From Candidatus Sumerlaeaceae bacterium (lineage in GTDB: Bacteria; Sumerlaeota; Sumerlaeia; Sumerlaeales; Sumerlaeaceae), in contig JBPCLP010000020.1 in the NCBI GenBank assembly GCA_051003195.1, forward strand, positions 32,001 through 96,000: a DNA stretch of 64,000 bases, written 5' to 3'. The position numbers were made by a program, and so were the translations under genes. The stretch's first letter is position 1; each line of letters opens with the position of its first letter. Below, one piece after another: positions 58,383-64,000 of the stretch. The notes beneath the pieces are model-generated. The model did no database searches, had not been told where the DNA came from, and saw only the letters and a program-made list of their open reading frames with translations.

Positions 58383-58976
58383 ATGCAAGCTAACCAGGCA
58401 CGCCGTTCGGCAGGGTTTACTCTTATTGAGCTGTTAATGGTGGTAGGGATTATCGCGATTCTTGCGCTGATCGCGTTGCCTAACTTCCTGGACGCTCAAA
58501 TGCGGGCGAAAGTGTCGCGTGCGAAGTCCGACATGCGAACGATCGCGACCGCGCTGGAGACCTATTGCGTGGATAACAACCGCTACGTGCCGAATTATGA
58601 CGCGGGGCCTTATTTCCCCCAACCAAATACCGAGTACCAGACATACGCGGCTTTGACGTCTCCTGTACCTTACATCAGCTCAGCGCCCAAGGACCCGTTC
58701 GCACCAAACATCGAGGCGCCGGAACGGGGCGATTTCTTTGAGTACTATGCCGACGATTCCGTCCAGGCGGACCCCACCTACACAGAACCAACCCGTTCGT
58801 ACTGGGCGAACACGGGCACGCGCTGGCTCGTAAGCAGTATTGCACCAGATCGTAAACTTCAGAACCTGGGGCGGCAGCTCCAAAACATAGCGCCGCTGTT
58901 ATACGATGCGTCGAATGGAACGGTATCGCCCGGAGAAATCGGGCGCAGCAACATCGTCGCTTCTCTGCCGCATTAG
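58383..58976 (+). CDS. Type IV pilin / T2SS pseudopilin-like protein
   Basis: RRSAG|FTLIELLMVVGIIAILALIALPNF. Confidence 0.9.
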   Translation: MQANQARRSAGFTLIELLMVVGIIAILALIALPNFLDAQMRAKVSRAKSDMRTIATALETYCVDNNRYVPNYDAGPYFPQPNTEYQTYAALTSPVPYISSAPKDPFAPNIEAPERGDFFEYYADDSVQADPTYTEPTRSYWANTGTRWLVSSIAPDRKLQNLGRQLQNIAPLLYDASNGTVSPGEIGRSNIVASLPH

Positions 58977-59049
58977 CTCCATTAAAGGCGTTGCACCTGC
59001 CGTTTGCGGGAACCATGTCCGGACTCATCACTTTTACCTGGAGAGAACC

Positions 59050-59994
59050 ATGAGACAACGTCGTAATGTACTGCTGTGCCTATTTGCAGCCGTGATGATT
59101 CCATCTGCCGCAGTTGCGGCCGATAAAGAACTCACGGTTGGATTCTCCCAGATTGGTGCGGAAAACCCCTGGCGGACGGCAGAGACCAATTCGATCAAGT
59201 CGGAAGCGGAAAAGCGCAAGGTGAGCCTGAAGTTCAGCGATGCACAGGGCAAACAGGAGAACCAGATCCAGGCGCTGAAGGCATTCATCGCCCAGAAGGT
59301 GGACGCGATTATCCTGGCACCGGTTGTAGAGACGGGTTGGGAGCCAGTACTTAAGCAGGCGAAGCAGGCCAAGATCCCGGTCGTGCTGGTGGATCGCGGC
59401 GTTAAGGTAAGTGATGAGTCGCTATTCGCCACGCTCATTGCCTCTGACTTTATCGACGAGGGTCGCCAGGCGGCCGAGTGGCTGTCCAGGAAAACGAATG
59501 GCAAAGCCAATATCGTTGAACTGCAAGGCACACCGGGCGCGGCGCCGGCCATCGATCGCAAAAAGGGTTTCGAACAGGCAATCGCCAAACACCCGGAAAT
59601 GAAGATTATCAAAAGCCAGACGGGGGACTTCACTCGCTCAAAGGGCAAGGAAGTGATGGAAGCTTTCCTTAAGTCGGAAAAGGACATCACTGCGGTGTAT
59701 GCGCACAACGACGATATGGCACTTGGTGCCATCCAGGCGATCGAGGCAGCGGGGAAAAAGCCAGGAAAGGACATCCTGGTGGTTTCGATCGACGGCATGA
59801 AGGCGGCAATCGAAGCCGTTGCGGAGGGAAAAATTAACTGCACCGTCGAGTGCAATCCGCTGCTTGGCCCTGCAGCTTTTGATGCAGCTGAAGCCGCGAT
59901 TGCTGGCAAGGAACTGCCAAAGAAGACGATCGTTAAGGATGAGCTTTTCGACGAGTCCAACGCCAAACAGGTGCTGCCCGACCGGAAGTACTGA
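59050..59994 (+). CDS. ytfQ: Sugar ABC transporter substrate-binding protein (YtfQ galactofuranose-like)
   Basis: VGFSQIGAENPWRTAET, SDAQGKQENQI, PVVETGWEPVL, SQTGDFTR, AHNDDMA, VECNPLLGP. Confidence 0.85.
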   Translation: MRQRRNVLLCLFAAVMIPSAAVAADKELTVGFSQIGAENPWRTAETNSIKSEAEKRKVSLKFSDAQGKQENQIQALKAFIAQKVDAIILAPVVETGWEPVLKQAKQAKIPVVLVDRGVKVSDESLFATLIASDFIDEGRQAAEWLSRKTNGKANIVELQGTPGAAPAIDRKKGFEQAIAKHPEMKIIKSQTGDFTRSKGKEVMEAFLKSEKDITAVYAHNDDMALGAIQAIEAAGKKPGKDILVVSIDGMKAAIEAVAEGKINCTVECNPLLGPAAFDAAEAAIAGKELPKKTIVKDELFDESNAKQVLPDRKY

Positions 59995-60022
59995 TCCCGC
60001 AGCATCCGTCGTTGTTCCTGCA

Positions 60023-61075
60023 TCACTGATTCTTGTAGTGGACCTCGCTCACCTGCCGCAGCCGTTCCGCAGCGTGTTCCGGTGTGATGTCGCGCTGGGG
60101 GGTACCCAGCATCTCGAAACCGACCATGAACTTCTGCACTTCCGCCGATCGCAGAAGCGGCGGATAAAAGTGTGCGTGCAGGTGCCAGTGCTGGCCACCG
60201 GCCGTATTCGCGACGGGAAGCTGGTGAAAACCCATGGAGTATGGAAACGACGTTTCAAAAACATTATCGTAGCGCGTTGTAAGCCGCTTCAGAATCTCGG
60301 CGAGCTCATCCCGCTCCTCATCTTGCAACTCCCCCAGATGCGCGACATGGCGCCGTGAGATGAGCAAGGTCTCGAATGGCCATTTGGCCCAGAACGGCAC
60401 CACCACCAACCAGGAAGCGTTTGCGCAAACCACGCGCTCAGCGTGCAGCACCTCCGCTTCCGCATAAGCGCACAGCAAACACATGTTCTCCCGCTGCAAA
60501 TACTCCTGCTGCGTCACGGCTTCCTTCGCGGGCTCCACCGGCAATGACTCAGTTGCCCAGATCTGCCCATGCGGATGCGGGTTGCTGCATCCCATGAGCG
60601 CTCCCTTGTTCTCGAAAATTTGAACATGTCCAATGCCGGGCTGGCTGCTTAGCTCGAGGTATTGCTCCGTCCACATGTCCACCACGACGCGCAGCTCGTG
60701 TGTTGGCAGCTCCGGCAGCGTGAGGTCGTGCCTGGGTGAAAAGCAGACAACTTTGCATACGCCGGACTCGGTTTCTGCCCGAAACAGCGCCTGCTCATCC
60801 ATGCGTGAGGAATGGTGCGATGGAAGCAGAGCCGGGTAATCGTTCTCAAAAACGAAAACGGAGGCATATTGCGGATTCCGCGCAGCGCCTGAACGTTCAT
60901 TGCCCGGGCACAAATAGCAGCCGGGATCATAGGATGGCCGGGCGTCCGCGACAGGTTTTTCCCGCTTACCCTGCCATGGCCTTTGCAACCGGTGCGGGCT
61001 TACCAGGACCCACTCTCCAGCGAGAGGGTTGTATCGCCGGTGCGGCGAACTGATGAAAACGTTATCCAATGCCAT
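60023..61075 (-). CDS. galT: Galactose-1-phosphate uridylyltransferase
   Basis: [57 protein letters not shown]. Confidence 0.97.
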   Translation of the reverse strand: MALDNVFISSPHRRYNPLAGEWVLVSPHRLQRPWQGKREKPVADARPSYDPGCYLCPGNERSGAARNPQYASVFVFENDYPALLPSHHSSRMDEQALFRAETESGVCKVVCFSPRHDLTLPELPTHELRVVVDMWTEQYLELSSQPGIGHVQIFENKGALMGCSNPHPHGQIWATESLPVEPAKEAVTQQEYLQRENMCLLCAYAEAEVLHAERVVCANASWLVVVPFWAKWPFETLLISRRHVAHLGELQDEERDELAEILKRLTTRYDNVFETSFPYSMGFHQLPVANTAGGQHWHLHAHFYPPLLRSAEVQKFMVGFEMLGTPQRDITPEHAAERLRQVSEVHYKNQ

Positions 61076-61144
61076 ACGCGCCGCTTTCACTTCCTCCATT
61101 CTGCCATTGCAAAGAAAGGTTTGGGAGTTCGGTTCATCAGCCGC

Positions 61145-62695
61145 ATGTGTGCCTCTGAATACGCAACTCCACTCCTGACGATGCGCGGCATCAGTAAAAC
61201 ATTTGCCGGCATGTATGCGCTGGCGGATGTCGAGTTCACTGCGCGGTCGGGCGAAATCCATGCGCTGATGGGCGAAAACGGGGCAGGCAAAAGCACACTG
61301 CTGAAAGTGCTGACCGGGGTTTATGCGCGTGATGCCGGAACCGTTCTGCTGGAGGGACAGCCCTTTTACCCGGGCTCTCCCGCGGAGGCGCAGGACCTCG
61401 GCGTGAGCACCGTCTACCAGGAAGTGAACCTGATTCCCCAGCTTTCGGTTGCGGAAAACATCTGCCTGGGCCGGCAACCGGGGCGGCTTGGCCTGATCAG
61501 TCGGCGCGGGGTAAGGCGCCGCGCAGAAGCAGCACTGGAGCGGCTGGGGCTGAAGCTGGATGTCAGCCGCACGTTGAGCGCTTACTCTATTGCAATTCAG
61601 CAAATGGTGGCAATCGCGCGTGCGCTGGACGTCTCCGCCCGTTTGCTGGTGCTGGATGAACCGACGTCGAGCCTGGACGCGGAGGAGGTTCGGCGCCTGT
61701 TTTATGTTATGAGAAAGCTGCGCGCTGAAGGCCTGGGTATCGTCTTCGTCACACACTTCCTCGAGCAGGTATACGAAGTGACGGATCGCATTACCGTGCT
61801 TCGCAATGGTCGCCTGGTGGGCGAATATGTTACGGCCGAGCTGCCGCGCCTGCATCTTGTAGCGCACATGCTCGGCAAGGGGCTTGCCGCCCATAAACAA
61901 GAAGAGCAACACGCACACGAACAACGTGCGGCCAGCACGCACACTGTACCGTTGCTGGAAGTGAGGGGTGCGTCCGCACGCGGATGGAGGGAGCCGTTCG
62001 ATCTGTCAGTCCGTTGCGGAGAAGTGATGGGGCTGGCAGGATTGTTAGGCTCTGGACGAACTGAAGTGGCGCGCCTGCTGTTTGGCGTCGACGCGGCGGA
62101 TCGCGGCTCATTTCTACTCGATGGCAAGGCGGTCAGTCTGAGTTCGCCGCGGCAGGCGATCCGACGTGGTTTTGGATTCTCCTCGGAGGATCGGAAGACC
62201 GAAGGTATCGTACCCGAGCTCTCGGTACGTGAAAATATGATCCTGGCGCTGCAGGCGCGCCGCGGCTGGCTGCGTAAGTTCCCGCGCAAACAGCAGCAGC
62301 AGATTGCCGATCGATACATCGCGGCTCTCAACATTGCGACTTCCAACGCGGAGAAGCGCATTGGGCAGCTCAGCGGAGGCAACCAACAGAAGGTGCTGCT
62401 GGCGCGCTGGCTCGCGTGCGATCCGCGTTTCCTGATCCTGGATGAGCCTACACGCGGTATCGATATCGGCGCGAAAGCTGAAATCGAGAAGCTGACGCGC
62501 GAGCTGTGCGAGAAGGGCATGGCGTTGCTGTTCATCTCGTCGGAGCTGGATGAGGTGCTGCGATGCAGCAACCGAATCGCCGTGATGCGGGATCGTCGAA
62601 AGGTCGCTGAGATTTCAGCCGAAGATGCAACGGAGGCCGGACTGATGAGCATCATCGCGGAAGGATCTTCGACGCCCGGGCAACCGCATGCCTGA
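61145..62695 (+). CDS. ytfR: Sugar ABC transporter ATP-binding protein (YtfR-like)
   Basis: [47 protein letters not shown]. Confidence 0.9.
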   Translation: MCASEYATPLLTMRGISKTFAGMYALADVEFTARSGEIHALMGENGAGKSTLLKVLTGVYARDAGTVLLEGQPFYPGSPAEAQDLGVSTVYQEVNLIPQLSVAENICLGRQPGRLGLISRRGVRRRAEAALERLGLKLDVSRTLSAYSIAIQQMVAIARALDVSARLLVLDEPTSSLDAEEVRRLFYVMRKLRAEGLGIVFVTHFLEQVYEVTDRITVLRNGRLVGEYVTAELPRLHLVAHMLGKGLAAHKQEEQHAHEQRAASTHTVPLLEVRGASARGWREPFDLSVRCGEVMGLAGLLGSGRTEVARLLFGVDAADRGSFLLDGKAVSLSSPRQAIRRGFGFSSEDRKTEGIVPELSVRENMILALQARRGWLRKFPRKQQQQIADRYIAALNIATSNAEKRIGQLSGGNQQKVLLARWLACDPRFLILDEPTRGIDIGAKAEIEKLTRELCEKGMALLFISSELDEVLRCSNRIAVMRDRRKVAEISAEDATEAGLMSIIAEGSSTPGQPHA

Positions 62696-63722
62696 CGTCC
62701 GGGGAGTGTTCCGTTCTTTGGGTCAGTTGTTCTGGCCGATGCTCGCGCTGGTGGTATTGCTTGGGTATAACGCAATCGTCAGTCCCGGGTTCTTTCACCT
62801 GGAGATGCAGGAAAATGGACGGCTGTATGGCAGCATGATCGACGTGCTCCAACGAGCCGCGCCGGTCCTGCTGCTCGCACTGGGGATGACGCTGGTAATA
62901 GCGACCGGCGGGGTCGATCTTTCTGTGGGTGCGGTGATGGCCATCGCCGGAACTGTTGCCGCATATCTTGTTTCGACGGGGCACTCGTTCTGGATTGCGT
63001 TAGTCGCTGCTGTTGTCGTGTCGCTGTTGTGTGGTTTGATCAACGGGTTGCTCGTTGCGGGACTCAACATTCAGCCGATTGTAGCGACACTGATCCTTAT
63101 GGTGGCAGGGCGCGGTGTGGCGCAGCTCATATCGGACGGGCAGATGATTCCGTTTACCAACCCTTTGCTGCTCTTTGTTGGCGGAGGGTTTCTCGCTGGG
63201 ATACCATTTGCGGTGTTGCTGGCGCTTGGTGCTTATCTTGTTACGCATCTGTTTGTGCGTAGCACCGCGCTTGGATTGTTCATCGAATCGGTGGGAGGGA
63301 ATCCAACCGCCAGCCGCTTCGCGGGGCTACCTGCAGGTCTCGTTAAGTGCCTTGCGTACGTTTTCAGTGGGCTGTGCGCAGGCGCCGCCGGGCTCATCGC
63401 AACGTCTGACATTCATGCCGCTGACCCTGGAAAATCCGGACTGTACCTCGAGCTGGATGCAATCCTGGCGGTGGTTATCGGGGGCACCGCGCTTACAGGC
63501 GGACGGTTCAGCCTGGCGGGCTCGCTGCTGGGCGCGATCCTGATGCAGGCACTGACGACGACCATCATCACGCGAGGCGTGCAGGTTGAGTATGCGCTGA
63601 TTATCAAAGCGCTGGTCATACTAGCCGTGTGCCTGCTTCAGTCGCCACGTATCAGAACATCCGGCTTGCTGCGTCGCAGTACTCCAAAACCGACACTCCA
63701 TGCGAGCGGTGCTTCTGAGTGA
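62688..63722 (+). CDS. ytfT: Sugar ABC transporter permease (YtfT-like)
   Basis: GRLYGSMID, GMTLVIATGGVDLSVG, IQPIVATLILMVAGRG, ELDAILAVVIGGT. Confidence 0.88.
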   Translation: MPDVRGVFRSLGQLFWPMLALVVLLGYNAIVSPGFFHLEMQENGRLYGSMIDVLQRAAPVLLLALGMTLVIATGGVDLSVGAVMAIAGTVAAYLVSTGHSFWIALVAAVVVSLLCGLINGLLVAGLNIQPIVATLILMVAGRGVAQLISDGQMIPFTNPLLLFVGGGFLAGIPFAVLLALGAYLVTHLFVRSTALGLFIESVGGNPTASRFAGLPAGLVKCLAYVFSGLCAGAAGLIATSDIHAADPGKSGLYLELDAILAVVIGGTALTGGRFSLAGSLLGAILMQALTTTIITRGVQVEYALIIKALVILAVCLLQSPRIRTSGLLRRSTPKPTLHASGASE

Positions 63723-64000
63723 AATTCGGAATCTCACAACACGTAATGCCGCTGCTCGCCACGACCGTTGTGTGCGCCGGGCTCTACGCTGCTGCTGCAC
63801 TCAAGTACGAAAATTTTGCGTCGGCGTCGGTGCTCGTCAACCTCCTGACAGACAACGCGTTTCTTGGAATCGCGGCCGTCGGCATGACGTTCGTTATTCT
63901 CTCGGGCGGAATCGACCTATCGGTCGGAGCCGTTATTGGTGCGGTGAGTATTGCGTCGGGAATCCTGATTGAGCAGAAGCATCTGTCACCCGCTGTCGTG
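63719..64000 (+). CDS. yjfF: Partial sugar ABC transporter permease (YjfF-like), runs off the right edge
   Basis: Manual translation from GTG 63719: ...NLLTDNAFLGIAAVGMTFVILSGGIDLSVGAVIG. Confidence 0.85.
   Translation, partial: MKFGISQHVMPLLATTVVCAGLYAAAALKYENFASASVLVNLLTDNAFLGIAAVGMTFVILSGGIDLSVGAVIGAVSIASGILIEQKHLSPAVV

Noticed and set aside
61076..61942. 289-aa N-terminal extension of the galT ORF overlapping ytfR
   Set aside because: It is the antisense frame of ytfR; GalT homology begins only near 61075.

Overview
A GC-rich bacterial chromosomal window, densely coding, with about 55 CDSs. I recognised no rRNA, tRNA, CRISPR array or intact mobile element. Left to right: a surface-glycosylation run (partial GT-C protein, MBL hydrolase, Wzm-like permease, GT4), an ECF sigma factor with a membrane partner, rpmA/rplU, an MFS transporter, exported glycan-processing enzymes (GH20, GH38, Gfo/Idh/MocA, lactonase, GH78; later a PQQ sugar dehydrogenase, GH51 and an unassigned Tat hydrolase), tig, pilU/pilT plus an apparently ATPase-dead PilB-like protein, a MacB-like permease, engB, GerMN and an apparently dead amidase, marR-leuC-[toxin-antitoxin insert]-leuD, an operon of four acidic all-helical ~300-aa unknowns, an ECF sigma/FecR/pilin operon, rpsA, yicC, lepB, and a ytfQRT-yjfF-like sugar ABC operon interrupted by an inverted galT. 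The pilin style and C-terminal motifs suggest Candidatus Sumerlaeota (BRC1); this is inference from recollection, not a search. The best candidates for undescribed biology are the four-gene helical operon (46129-49923) and a shared [D/E]-W-x-x-[Y/F] C-terminal tag on three unrelated exported proteins. All functional calls are by-eye motif recognition, and many start codons are my estimates.
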